64,000 nt of DNA, taken from the NCBI GenBank assembly GCA_951406725.2, contig OX597816.1, positions 18,538,001 through 18,602,000 on the forward strand. Direction: 5' to 3'. Origin of the DNA: Octopus vulgaris. Lineage: Eukaryota. A program made the translations under genes and the position numbers. Below the pieces are notes generated by a model. It was not told the origin of the DNA, did not search any database, and saw only the letters and a list, made by a program, of their open reading frames with translations. Positions 43,906 through 56,625 of this stretch are shown piece by piece; position 1 is the first letter of the stretch, and every line of letters starts with the position of its first letter.

Positions 43906-44279
43906 ATTTTAATATGTAATTAGTTGTATTTCATCACTTTGTATATAACAATAATATTCTTTAAGCGTACGCCTTTGAATTATGCAAATATGGAAATACG
44001 ACGCCTGGAACAGCAAGCGTATTTAAATTTCTGTAAATCATATTGATTTTTTTTGAAGAAATTTTATTTTTACGACGTAAGATCTAACATTAAAAATTGG
44101 GTTTATAACTGTTCTGAACTGAATAACTTTTCTTCAAAAACTAAGTAAAGTTACTCTCTTACTCATGTAGAGGCATGTGCTCGAATATCAGCTATCGCTG
44201 GACGTGCGGAGAGGCTCCACTACGCGACCGCCAAAATGTGCTTGTATAGAGAGGGCATGAATAAAGTAAGATTACGCAG

Positions 44280-44575
44280 CCATAAGGCGGTGAGCTTGCA
44301 GAATCGTTAGCACACCGGCAAAAAATCTTAGAAACATTTTAAAAGGCAGCGAGATGGCAGAAACGTTAGCACGCCGGGCGAAATGCGTAGCCGTATTTCG
44401 TCTGCCGTTACGTTATGAGTTCAAATTCCGCCGAGGTCGACTTTGCCTTTCATCCTTTCGCGGTCGATAAATTAAGTAACAGTTACGCACTGGGTGCGAT
44501 GTAATCGACTTAATCAGTTTTTTCTGTTTTTGTTTGTCCTCTCTATGTTTAGCCCCTTGTGGGTAGTAAAGAAAT
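44280..44575 (+). mobile_element. SINE family A with a duplicated head, 15-bp TSD
   Basis: agtaagattacgcag at 44265-44279 and 44576-44590; two successive heads at ~44285 and ~44344. Confidence 0.88.
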
Positions 44576-45447
44576 AGTAAGATTACGCAGTCAAAATTCC
44601 TTCTGAAATAATTCTGCTCAGACATGCTGATCAGAGGGTTAACACTGACAATATCTCGGCAATAATCGCGCAGTTTCTTTTCTGGTATGACACAACCAAC
44701 GTATTTTATTTACCAATTTATCTTATCCGATGTACTTTTACGTTTTCCAAAAGGGAAAAATAACAATCAATTCCACCATTAGCAACTTCCATCGTTCTCT
44801 CTCTCTTTCTCGTTCCTTCTTTTTCCCTATATTTCGTGCATATATCATTGTTAACCAACACCTGCGCATATACGATTCTTCTAGATGTATTGCAAGTTTT
44901 TTCTCTTTCCATTACCAATTTACGTTTCATAAAATATCTAACGATATACGGATATTTGATCATAACCTATCTCTTTAATATAGAAAATAAAAATATTTCC
45001 TGTTATTTATTTCTTGTTTACAGAGAAATATTGCTTTAAAAAAATTGTCTTTTATATTTTTCTCATAATTATTTAAGCAATTCAATATTTTTTAAATATA
45101 AAATATAAATGGTTTTGTTATAAATACCGTGTGTTTTCTTATCAATATTTCTTCTTTACATGTCGGACAAACAGGTTAGTGTCATTTCGTCCGTTGTTAC
45201 GTTCTGAATTCAAATTCCGTCGCAGACAACATGTCTCAGCGTGTCGGGGTCGATAAAATAAATAACAGATGATTACTGGGGTCGATCTAATCAGCTTCTC
45301 GCCGCTCATGAAATTACTGGCCTTGTGCCAAAATTTGAAACAACATTTCCTCTAGTTCTTATGCATCCTTCTTTCATTTTATTGTGAATAGCACAGCATT
45401 GGATGTCTGCTATACGTTACATGTCTACTTATTTTGCCTTGAAGCAT

Positions 45448-45490
<43 letters not shown>

Positions 45491-45979
45491 TAGTTGAATG
45501 AATTATCTTAGTATGGATAATTCGGTTAACCGATACCTGGGTAGCAAATTCACGTCAGAAAAACACGGTTGAAGCTATATGCAAAGGGCAGAGATCACTG
45601 CTTTCGTATGGAAATTTGTGTGTTATTTTAATACAAATAAATGAAAGAATGGAGTTGAACGACGATTTAACAAAAGTCCTTTATTCTCGACATATTCCTA
45701 ATTTCGAAGGAATAAGGGGTGCATTATGCCGCCTTCGCATCAGGAAAAACAATGAACTTATGTCAGCATCAAGATGAACAAAAACTCTTAGATGACTGCC
45801 CACACGGAGTCCATAGCGATAATGAGTGTTTCTTTAAAATATTCCGTTATAAGCAGTGACGTCAAAAAATGGTTGAATGTAGAAGATTCTAGAAAGTTCA
45901 AGGGTTCAAACAAGGTTGGAGGGGAGAGATCTAAGAATAGGAAGGTGACAGGGTGCAAGTCATGTATATATATATATGA

Positions 45980-46212
45980 AGGGCGAGCTGATAAAAACGT
46001 TAGCACCGGGAGTGAAATGCTTCGCGGTATTTCGTCTTCCGTTACGTTCGGAGTTCAAATTACGCCGAGGTCGACATTGCCTTTCATCCTTTCGGGGTCG
46101 ATTAAATAAGTACCAGTTACGCACTGGTGTCGATATTATCGACTTAATCCGTTTGTCTGTCCTTGTGTTGTCCTCTCTGTATTTAGCCCCTTGTAGGTAG
46201 TAAAGAAATAGG
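45980..46212 (+). mobile_element. SINE family A monomer
   Basis: Full head, core and tail; further partial copies near 13470, 16850, 45175 and 51600. Confidence 0.9.
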
Positions 46213-46270
<58 letters not shown>

Positions 46271-46273
46271 CAT

Positions 46274-46330
<57 letters not shown>

Positions 46331-47089
46331 AGTGTGTATGTGCGTGTGTGTGTGTGTGTGTATTCTTAAATTATTCATGCGCTCTCTATACAAGCACTTT
46401 TTGCGGTCGAGTAGTGGAGCCTCTCTGCACGTCCAGCGATAGCTGACATTCGAGCACATGCCCCTACATGAGTAAGAGAGTAACTTTACTTAGTTTTTGA
46501 AAAAAAAAAGAAAACACATTATATATATCAAAACAGTTATAAAACCCAATTTTTAATGTGAAATCTTACAACGTACAAATGAAATTTCTTCCGAAAAAAT
46601 CAATATGATTTACAGAAATTTAAATATGCTTCATGTTCCAGGCGTCGTATTTCCATATTTGCATATGTGTGTGGTATGTGCTTATATGTTTGGATGTGTG
46701 TGAGCGTGTGTGTGTGCTTAAGTGCGCATCTTTGTGTGTATACGTGTGAATATACATATATATGTAGTGTTGATAGCTCTGGTGTCGCGAATAGCCAGTT
46801 AGCTTGTTAAAAGATATACATTAGCGACGGAGGCAGCATTAGTACCAAAGGTAATATTTATTCCCTCTTCAACGTTATATAACCAGCGGATAGATTGCGA
46901 CGCCAGCCTCTGTTCTGTCACATATTTTCTCTTTATACAGCCCGCGGGGAGATGAGTCGGTGATATCTCTAGCGCTCGAGCCTTCATAAGCAATGAGACC
47001 AAAGAAGATCCAAATGAGGAGATTTGGTAGTCTCGATGATGGAGCTGCTGGGGAGTTATTTCCCCTCTGGCTATATAACGAACAAGCAC

Positions 47090-47256
47090 GCGGTCATAGG
47101 GTCGCGGTTTCGATTCCCAGACCGGGCGTTGTGAGTGTTTATTGAGCGAAAACACCGAAAAGTTCCACGAGGCTCCGGCAGGGGATGGTGGTGATCCCTG
47201 CTGTACTCTTTCACCACAACTTTCTCTCACTCTTACTTCCTGTTTCTGTTGTACCT
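47090..47256 (+). mobile_element. SINE family D internal fragment
   Basis: Near-identical to 43555-43722. Confidence 0.85.
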
Positions 47257-47940
47257 GCTAATTTATGGGCACATAATCCCACCAATCCCAGTTGTCAAGT
47301 GGAGGTGGGTGACAAACAAAGGCAGAAAGACACACACATACAAAAAAATACACACATACACGCATATGTACGATTAGCTCCTTTCAGTTTCCATCTACGA
47401 AATTCACTCTCACGTCTTTTTTTTTTAATACTATATGTCTAAAGTAGAAAATACTTGCCGAGGATCCCGCGCAAAGGAAACGAAACAGAAAACGTGGTTG
47501 AGAAACAAGCTTCTTACCACACAGTAACGCCTGCGAATCTCTATATTTCGTAGGAAGGGGAAAGCCGATTACACCGCCACCTGGAAATAAACAACTCTTT
47601 CACTGTATTCGTTTGGACACGGGCATTTGCGCCCGGATAATAAGACACATACACTTTTTCTTAAAACCTGGTACTTATTCTATCGGTCAGTTTTGACGAA
47701 CCGTTTATTTATGGGCACGTAATCCCATCAATCCCTTCTTAGTGAATTTTCTAGATGGAAACGAAAGAAGCTCGTCGTTACACACACACACACATAAAAA
47801 GGAAAATATATTACATATTAAAAGACGTACACGTAGGACAGACACTGAAGAACTCCAATTGTTCTTCAGTTATCTACGAAATGTTAATACTGATGCTTTT
47901 TATGATAAGACTGAGAACTTCGCATATCGGCGGCAAAGCA

Positions 47941-47974
<34 letters not shown>

Positions 47975-48023
47975 GATAGATAGATAGATAGATACATACA
48001 TACATACATACACACAGACACAC

Positions 48024-48060
<37 letters not shown>

Positions 48061-48580
48061 CCGTTTCGAACAGCAATGTTAATATGTAAATAACATGGTA
48101 GAAAAATTAGAAATCAATTTAATTGTAATTATAGTAATGAGATATTACAGTTCTCCTCAGTGAGAAAAAAAATACATAACCAAAAACATTATTATTGTTA
48201 CAGAAGACTTGATTGGGTGAGTGTCACATAACATATTCAGATATACATATTATCCTTATGAAAGATGGGTGCATCCTAACATAGTTGTTTTGATGCACTA
48301 ACATTACTGCCAAAGTATCAAACTTATTTTATCGACCACGAAAGAATATAAGGCAAATCGATCAACATAGGATTCCAACGAAAGAGACACGAAGTGCCGG
48401 TCAACATTTTGTCAAGATTTAGTTCCAGGTGCTGTTGCAGTGCATGGGACCCTGAGTAAGTGTATTTTAGTACAGCCTCGGGCTGACCAAACTCTTCTTA
48501 GTGAATTTTCTAGATGGAAACGAAAGAAGCTCGTCATTACACACACACACACGCACACATAAAAAGGAAAATATTTTACA

Positions 48581-48979
48581 CTAGCAGTATCGTCCGGCGT
48601 TGCTCGGGTTTGTAAGGGAAATAACCTTATAAGCATTTTTAGAGAGTTATAGCAAAAAAATAGCAAAAAAAATGCATTAAAAATGGAAAAAAATTTATGG
48701 TGAATTTTTTTTGAAATCGTTGACTCATCGTAGACATTTTCAGAGAGTCACTTCCCTTATATAATAGCGAAAAAATGCATTAAAATGGAAAAAAATGATG
48801 GTAATTTTTTTTTTAAATCGTAGACTCATCGTAGATGCACGCTAGTACCCAGAAGGGCTCGATATGAATCACGACTATAAGATACCCGGTTTTGGTTAAA
48901 CTGCACCGCAAAATGTGGGAGTAGTTAGGAATCTAAATCGTAGGAGACAGACACACAACTTCACTTTTATATATAAAGA
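48581..48979 (-). mobile_element. Non-autonomous Helitron, full length, with empty site visible in the paralog
   Basis: Minus strand A|TC...hairpin...CTAG|T; the paralog at ~47810 reads ttaca|tattaaaa with no insert and no TSD. Confidence 0.93.
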
Positions 48980-49103
48980 TATTAAAAACGTACACGTAGG
49001 ACAGACACTGAAGAACTCCAATTGTTCTTCAGTTATCAACCGGAATGTTAATACTCATGCTTTTTATGATAAGACTGAGAACTTCGCATATCGGCGGCAC
49101 CAG

Positions 49104-49218
<115 letters not shown>

Positions 49219-49234
49219 CACACACACACACACA

Positions 49235-49287
<53 letters not shown>

Positions 49288-49289
<2 letters not shown>

Positions 49290-49372
49290 TTATTTTATAG
49301 AAGGAGCTTCTACAGGACTAGAACTGTTTCATTCAAATGAAATCATCAGGAAGCTCCTTCTATAAAATAAAT
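49288..49372 (-). ncRNA. Candidate type I hammerhead ribozyme within a ~150-bp insertion (49288-49440)
   Basis: 23-bp perfect stem I, CUGAUGA, weak stem II (U.U, UUC/GAA), GAA, stem III ACAG/CUGU, GUA cleavage triplet. Confidence 0.65.
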
Positions 49373-49444
49373 TAATTTACTCTGCTATGTATTGAGTACC
49401 TTATTTACTGTGGTTAACCCCGACTCAACCCGGGACCTACATAC

Positions 49445-49486
<42 letters not shown>

Positions 49487-49834
49487 ATACACACACATAT
49501 ATACCGTTTCGAACAGCAATGTTAATATGTAAATAACATGTTAGAAAAACTAGAAATCAATTTAATTGTAATTATAGTAATGAGATATTACAGTTCTCCT
49601 CAGTGAGAAAAAAGAATACAAAACAAAAAAAATTATTATTTTTACAGAAGACTTGATTGGGTGAGTGTCACATAACATATTCGGATATAAATATTACCCT
49701 TATGAAAGATGGGTGCACCCTAGAATAGAGTTGTTGAGTCGAGCTTTGTACACACACACATATATATTATATATATGTAAACATGCATGTATATATGCAT
49801 ATATATACAAATATATACATGTATGTATATACAT

Positions 49835-49869
<35 letters not shown>

Positions 49870-50519
49870 CACACATACATACATACATACACACATAAAC
49901 ACACAAACACTCGTACATATATACATACAAATATATTATGCATCAATGAAACCGTGCCATGGGCGACACATTCTTCATATTTGCTGGAATGTGATTGACT
50001 GCGGATTCTATCACTACTGACAGCACTCTATGCAAGTTGAATGCCCTTGTTGCTGCTATAAATTCGTTTGTAAAATACCTTATACGAATAGACAACTTTC
50101 ACAATTCTTTATTGCATTGTAAGATTTTCGACTATCGTAGAATATGAGCTGGGAAGAATAGCATCTAAAATTTTGTGTTACTATGAACTTGATTCCAAAG
50201 CCGCTTTTTTAACCTGTTCGCGGAGTTTTTGAGGAATGATCTAGTATGCTAATTTCAATACTACGAATTCAATGTACCAAATTATCAGTTTGGTGTCAGT
50301 GAATACTGACGAATTCCTATGATTTCGAGAATTCGTTCATTTATGAAAGAGCTGTTGTGGTTATAGATTTTAAAATTTCGGATGGGAAGAATTTCAGCAG
50401 TGCACTCTGCTATTAAATATGAAATACTTAAGTTTCCTACCGTTCAACTTTTCAAGAAATAAACTTACTTCTTCATTCTTAACCTTCCTGTTGCTTGCGA
50501 TGTCGCACCGACATTCACC

Positions 50520-50922
50520 TTACTCTCTCTTTTACTTGTTTCAGTCATTTGACTGTGGCCATGCTGGAGCAACGCCTTTAATCGAACAACTCGACCCCAG
50601 GACTTATTCTTTTGTAAGCCCAGTACTTATTCTATCGGTCTTTTTTGGCGAACCGCTAAGTAACGGGGACATAAACACACCAGCATCGGTTGTCAAGCAA
50701 TGCTAGGGGGACAAACACAGACACACAAACACCCACACGCATATATACATACATATATACGACGGGCTTCTTTCAGTTTCCGTCTACCAAATCCACTCAC
50801 AAGGCTTTGGTCGGCCCGAGGCTATAGTAAAAGACACTTAACCAAGGTGCCACGCAGTGGGACTGAACCCGGAACCATGTGGTTGGTAAACAAGCTACTT
50901 ACCACACAGCCACTCCTGCGCC
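50520..50922 (-). mobile_element. SINE family B, full length
   Basis: Ends ...ttaccacacagccactcctgcgcc. Confidence 0.92.
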
Positions 50923-51896
50923 TATATACTATACTTTTTTATTGTCTATCCACATCTACCCAGGCATCATTAGAAATATTATTGTTCCTACACTTACACA
51001 AATCAAGCCTTGTCAACTGTGTACATTGGCATCTACTTTCATATCCATAGAAATATTTGCAATATTTCCACTTCTACGCACTCCAAACATTTCTATATCT
51101 ATTGGCGTCTAGTTACACACCGATGAAGTTGCATTCAATATTCTCTTCGCTAGATATACATAATCTTTGTCACATATAAAACGTTATTTTTTAAAGAATT
51201 TCTTTTATATTCCCTACTTACAAAATCTCAACATAATCTGAAATACTTCTACTAAAAAATGTATGTCCTCTGAATCGAAACATTTGATTCATTTTCCCTC
51301 GCAAGACACGAACTTAAATGTCCAAAATTCTCTGATATTTTCCACCATTACTACAACGGTTATTTGAATTTTATTTATACGTTGATTTAAGGAATTTAGC
51401 TGTACAAAAACAATCATAAAACGTCTCTCATTTCATTGAGAACAAGGTAAAAACGGTATTCGAAAATCGAAACGCCATCATTTGGACCAGAAACTAAAAG
51501 AATGTTTTCTATTACCACAAGGTTACCTTGTGGTAATTTTATTGGTATTTTATTGTTCGTATGTGACCTCAGCGCTGAGCATATATTTATGAGATTATGT
51601 TACGTTCTGTGTTCAAATTCCGCCGAGGTCGACTTTGCTTTTCATTCTTTCGGGATCGATATATTAAGTACCAATTACGCACTGGGGTCGATGTAATCGA
51701 CTTAATCCGTTTGTCTGTCCTTGTTTGTCCCCTTTATGTTTAGCCCCTTGTGGGTAATAAAGAAACATATATTTTGAGATTACTGAAGTACAATGTTTCT
51801 ACATATATTTTAATTAATCGTACCCTGAAAAAAAAAAAAAGAAAAGCAAACGCCAGGAGGCGTTCACCTCCATGAATGCTGAAATGAGACCGTAAA

Positions 51897-52082
51897 GGCC
51901 TAGAAAGGGCATTGTTCTTATTATTTTTATTGCCCACAAGGGGCTAGAAAAAACATTGTTCTTATTTTTTTATTTCCCACAAGGGGCTAGAAAAAGCATT
52001 GTTCGTATTATTTTATTGCCCACAAGGGGCTAGAAAAGCATTGTTCTTATTTTCTTATTGCCCACAAAGGGCTAGAAAAAGC
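51897..52082. repeat. ~44-bp minisatellite, ~4 units
   Basis: Unit ggggctagaaaaagcattgttcttatt..ttttattgcccacaa. Confidence 0.9.
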
Positions 52083-53607
52083 GCTAACGTTACTGCTAAA
52101 TTATCAAACATTCAATTGCAATGATTGTGCTGAAAACAAATGTATATATATATATTTACCAAAAAGATTTTTTGATTAGGTACCAGCGATATCATAAGTC
52201 ACACAACGACTTCTATATGATATATATGTGGAACATATTGAGGATGTTACAATTTCGGAGAAGAGAAAACAAAATTTAAAGAGAAGGAAAATGCAATCAA
52301 TTATTGAAGCCTGCCGTTTCCTGGCGTTTAGTGATTTAGATAAAAACTAGCATTTTCCTCCCTATTCTCCATCCCGCATATAATATTTTGGCTACAACCA
52401 CTTTCTCTCGCACGGATTGTAGTATTGCCTATCTGCATGTGCTATAATATAAACGTTAATAACAACAGCAAATGCAATAACAACTAAAACAGTAACAACG
52501 AAAATATTGACAAAAGCAAAAAAAAAGATTATATGCCGATGTGGACGACAATAATGATGATGGTGATGATGAGATTATGGATGGACGATATATTGTTGGT
52601 AACTGCATAGGGTAAAGGAAAAAAAAACTGGAAATGAATCTACAAAATATACACGGGCTTAGGAAAAGAACTAATATAATAAACAATTTAGAAAAATACG
52701 CCATGGAAAGAGTGAAGAGTGGGAAATTAATTTAGAAGACAAATAGCTTCATCCTTAGTGACTAAGAGAGATAAGGAAATTGGAGCAAGCGCTGACTTAC
52801 CAATAATTAGGAGTCAATGAACTAGGCAGAGTACAAAGCACAAAAATTAAAGAAATTGTTTAGGAAAAATGGCATGTACTGCACTTTGTGCTGAAATTAA
52901 TACCAAACGGGTATATTGGGAAAAAATAGGCATGAATTGTTTAGCTAACTTAGTAATAACAGCAAGTTATAATATTCTCGACTAGAGACTAATCGGATTG
53001 CTGATAACAATACCGAGTCGGCTCAAAAGAAAAGTCAACCTACCTAAAATTTAAAGTAGAATGATTGTATTTGCCCTAATTAGAGGGAGGTAAATGTATA
53101 GTGTTTCCATTGGGAAGATTACGAAAGTATTCAGTAAAGAAGTGAAAACCTATGGAAATAATACGTAGGAAAGCTAATCGGTTTTATGGCTTCGACGACG
53201 CTAGTAAATAAAAAAAAAAGACAAAGAGGTAACATAGAATATGTCTGGATTTCTCGAAATTGCCAAAGTCAATAATAATATCGGCACAGGTTATTTTTTA
53301 AAGCATTCATCAGGCATAATATAAAGGGTGATGCTTATTAACTTCATACCGTTCAAAGAAGGGAGAGAGAGAGAGAGAATCTTCACTACTGAAAGCGAAA
53401 CTTTCCCAGTATGCGAAACTATCATGACTGGATTAGTGAGTGAAGTAGGCGTCAGTTATCAGTGTCGATGGTCCACAGATGTGCTGAACGTTCTGAAAAT
53501 GTCTACTATAATATAATTGATAATAAATAATACAGTAGAGTTTCAATATATTTGAGAAAAATACGCAAATTAAGGCAGGGGTGATGAGAAATTATAAAAA
53601 ATTTATA

Positions 53608-54018
53608 GGTGCAGGAGTGGCTGTGTGGTAAGTTGCTTGCTTAACAAGCACATGGTTCCGTTTTCAGTCCCACTGCATGGCACCTTGAGCAAGTGTCTTC
53701 TACTATAGTCTCAGGCCGACCAAAGCCATGTGAGTGGATTTGGTAGACGGAAACTGAAAGAAGCCCGTCGTATATATATGTGTGTGCGTATGTGAGTTTG
53801 TGTGTGTGTGCTTGCCCCCCCCCCCCCACAACGCTTGACAATCGATGACGTGTGTTTATGTCCCCGTAACCAAGCGGTTCGGTAAAAGAGACCGATTGAA
53901 TAAGTACTAGGCTTACAAAGTATAAGTCCTAGGGTCGATTTGCTCGACTAAAGGCGGTGTTCCAGCATGGCCGCAGACAAATTACTGAAACAAGTAAAAG
54001 AGTAAAAGAGTAAAAGAG
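53608..54018 (+). mobile_element. SINE family B, full length
   Basis: Matches 6873-7247; (GTAAAAGA)n tail. Confidence 0.92.
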
Positions 54019-54344
54019 TGATAGACAAAGATCCAATGAGAATTTAGAAAGTAACACAATATGAAATTAGGAAACGTATCACGGTGGACGTGGTTGTTGT
54101 GAAAGTGATTCCCAGTTATGTTTTCAGTGCAGAATAAGAAGTTTGTGTCGTGAGAACTAAGAACGTGTTATAGGTAACAGGATGGGGATCCGCTAGTTTT
54201 CCTTAATTTCAAAGCAAGTTTTTGAACAGAATTTTTAGGGTCGATAAAAGAAGTGCAAGTTGAATACTGGGATCATGGCTAGCTGCTTACCCTTTCGCGC
54301 GGAACATTCTGGCTATGAGCCAACATTTGAAATCATTATCAGTT

Positions 54345-54345
54345 A

Positions 54346-54393
<48 letters not shown>

Positions 54394-54641
54394 CAGCAAC
54401 AGCAGAACAATTAGTAGTAGTAGTAGTAGTAAGTGGTAGTAGTGATAGTAGTGGTAGTGATAGTAGCAGCAACAGTAGAATTAGTAGTAATAAGAGGAGG
54501 TGGTAATAGTAGTGGTAGCAGCAGTAATAGTTGTAGTAGTGGTAGTAGTTGTAGTAGTAGTAGCGGTCGTACTAGCAGCGCAGCAGTAGCAGCAGCGTTA
54601 GTAGTAGTAGCACTACTAGTAGTAGTAGTGGTGGTGGTGGC

Positions 54642-54699
<58 letters not shown>

Positions 54700-54760
54700 T
54701 TAGTAGTAGTAGTAATAGTAGTATTAGTATTAGTATTAGTAGTAGTAGTTGTAGTTATAG
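54345..54760. repeat. (AGT)n-based trinucleotide tract
   Basis: Direct reading; similar tracts near 23340-23520 and 55610-55760. Confidence 0.95.
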
Positions 54761-55306
54761 TGTATAAAATAAGATTGTATGTAATAACGAACAACTTACG
54801 TAATTTCTATATATGTTCTAACGAACCTAAGTGTTGGGGGGCAAGATTACGAGGGACTGGATTACGAGACCCTGCATTGATGAGCCACAAAATACATACA
54901 AATAAAATAAGGAATATATAATTTCGTCAGTTTTTCCTCATGGTGGAATTTTAACGCTTTAATTTCTTCGGTCTACCATCGAATATTAATCTTTCATTTG
55001 CATGAAGCGAGATCAAGAATCTCGATATCGATTAAACACCGAATAAAATACAATTTCATAAACCTGATTGGCTTTCAAGTGAAATAGCAGACAAAATAAA
55101 GAAGTGCAAAAATAAATAAATAAAAGAAAGTAGGAAAATTTAAGTAAAGTAAAATGTCAACCACAAATATGAGATAAGTCGTTATCGAGGTAATACGTTT
55201 GCAGTGTTTAAGCAACTGCTGGAAACAGAATTCTAAACGTCAGCGCAATTGATGGGTTATTGTACACTTTATCACTGTTCAACAATTATTGCTTAATGCA
55301 TGTGTG

Positions 55307-55347
<41 letters not shown>

Positions 55348-55350
<3 letters not shown>

Positions 55351-55550
55351 TAATCCAATCAAGAAAGCACAAAAAAAACACAACAACGCGAGGACGTGGA
55401 ACAAATATAGTATTATTGGACGCTCAGGAAAGAAGGGAAGAAAGAAGGGTTTAACGTTTCCAGCGGAGCTCTTCGTCGGAAACATAGGAGAAGGAAAGAT
55501 CCAGAGAAGGGAAAGCAGAGGAAAAAAATCGCCAAAGGTACACACGAGGT

Positions 55551-55554
<4 letters not shown>
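55348..55554 (-). mobile_element. ~205-bp HHR-like element (copy 3), between (TA)n tracts
   Basis: Minus 55483-55449: gttt-CCGACGA-a-gagc-tcc-gctg-GAAA-cg-tt-aaac. Confidence 0.8.
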
Positions 55555-55609
<55 letters not shown>

Positions 55610-55758
55610 TAGTGGTAGTAGTAGTAGTAGTAGTAGTAATAGTAGTAGTAGTAGTAGTAGTAGCAGCAGCAGCAGTAGTAGTAGTATCATTGGTAGTAGT
55701 AGTACAAGTGTTAGTAGTAGTAGTAGCGTTAGTTGTAGTAGTAGCGGCAGTAGTTGTA

Positions 55759-55859
<101 letters not shown>

Positions 55860-56081
55860 TGTGTGTGTGCGCGTGCGTGCGTGTGTGTGATGGTGTAACA
55901 GTCAGGTGCTTTTATGTTTAGGTTCGTATACTTTATGTTCGTAGCATGCTTGAAAGACTAATATCAAGTATAGATCAATGTCATTACGGACTATAAACTG
56001 CATCAGCAGCAAGAGCAATGGTGATAATATTGACTTGCGAATATAGGCTGTGTTACTGCACATTACAGCTTTGTTACCCCA

Positions 56082-56316
56082 AGGCGGCGAGCTGGCAGAA
56101 TCATTAGCACGCCGGGCGAAATGCTTAGCAGTATTTCGTCTGCGGCTACGTTCTGAGTTCAAATTCCGCCGAGGTCGACTTTGCCTTTTATCCTTTCGGG
56201 GTCTATAAATTACGTACCAGTTACGCGCTGGGGGTCGATGTAATCGACTTAATCCGTTTGTCTGTTCTTGTTTATCCTCTCTGTGTTTAGCCCCTTGTGG
56301 ATAGTGAAGAAATAGG
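56082..56316 (+). mobile_element. SINE family A monomer with TSD
   Basis: taca(g/a)ctttgttaccc at ~56064 and ~56317. Confidence 0.92.
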
Positions 56317-56408
56317 TACAACTTTGTTACCCTGTCTCTCTCTTCGTGCTGGAACATGCAGCTCATATACGGTACTCCAAGCATCTTTTTGAATGGAAAG
56401 GGCACGTA

Positions 56409-56625
56409 CAACGGCGCGCTGAAATGTTCCTGACTTTTGGTAAAAGAAAATACCGGAGGACCAGTCAATTATGATTTTATTCGATATATTCCCATCTTAG
56501 ATTCACACACTTATTGTAGCAGTCCATCAGTTTTTTTAAACCCTGTAAAAGAACTGAGAAGCCAGGGTCTCCAGTCAAGCCTTTGGTGATACCCTTAAAG
56601 TCGGAAACTTTCCAGCACACCCTCG
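56409..56625. mobile_element. Mariner-type MITE with imperfect ~29-bp TIRs, flanked by TA
   Basis: TA-caacggcgcgctgaaatgttcctgacttt ... aaagtcggaaactttccagcacaccctcg-TA (about 21/29 match by eye). Confidence 0.7.

Larger units (their letters stand above)
43981..46664. repeat. ~285-bp inverted repeat pair (43981-44264 and 46371-46664)
   Basis: tatgcaaatatggaaatacgacgcctggaaca...gtgcttgtatagagag.gcatgaataa and its reverse complement, with scattered mismatches. Confidence 0.9.

Noticed and set aside
47844-47870. Perfect 10-bp hairpin actgaagaac/gttcttcagt containing CTGAAGA (also in the duplicate)
   Set aside because: The core is buried in the stem and no hammerhead topology forms; the second copy is due to the duplication
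51897-52082. Short repeat array as CRISPR
   Set aside because: No unique spacers; eukaryotic context; unit derives from a SINE tail
52700-53520. Possible ancient CR1-like RT on the plus strand
   Set aside because: Motif echoes are too weak to support without profile alignment
55902-56468. 188-aa ORF (also 17740-17940, 44413-44625, 50700-51050 and similar)
   Set aside because: Read-through of SINE sequence; recurring peptides such as RPRKDERQSRPRRNLNS come from the non-coding SINE core
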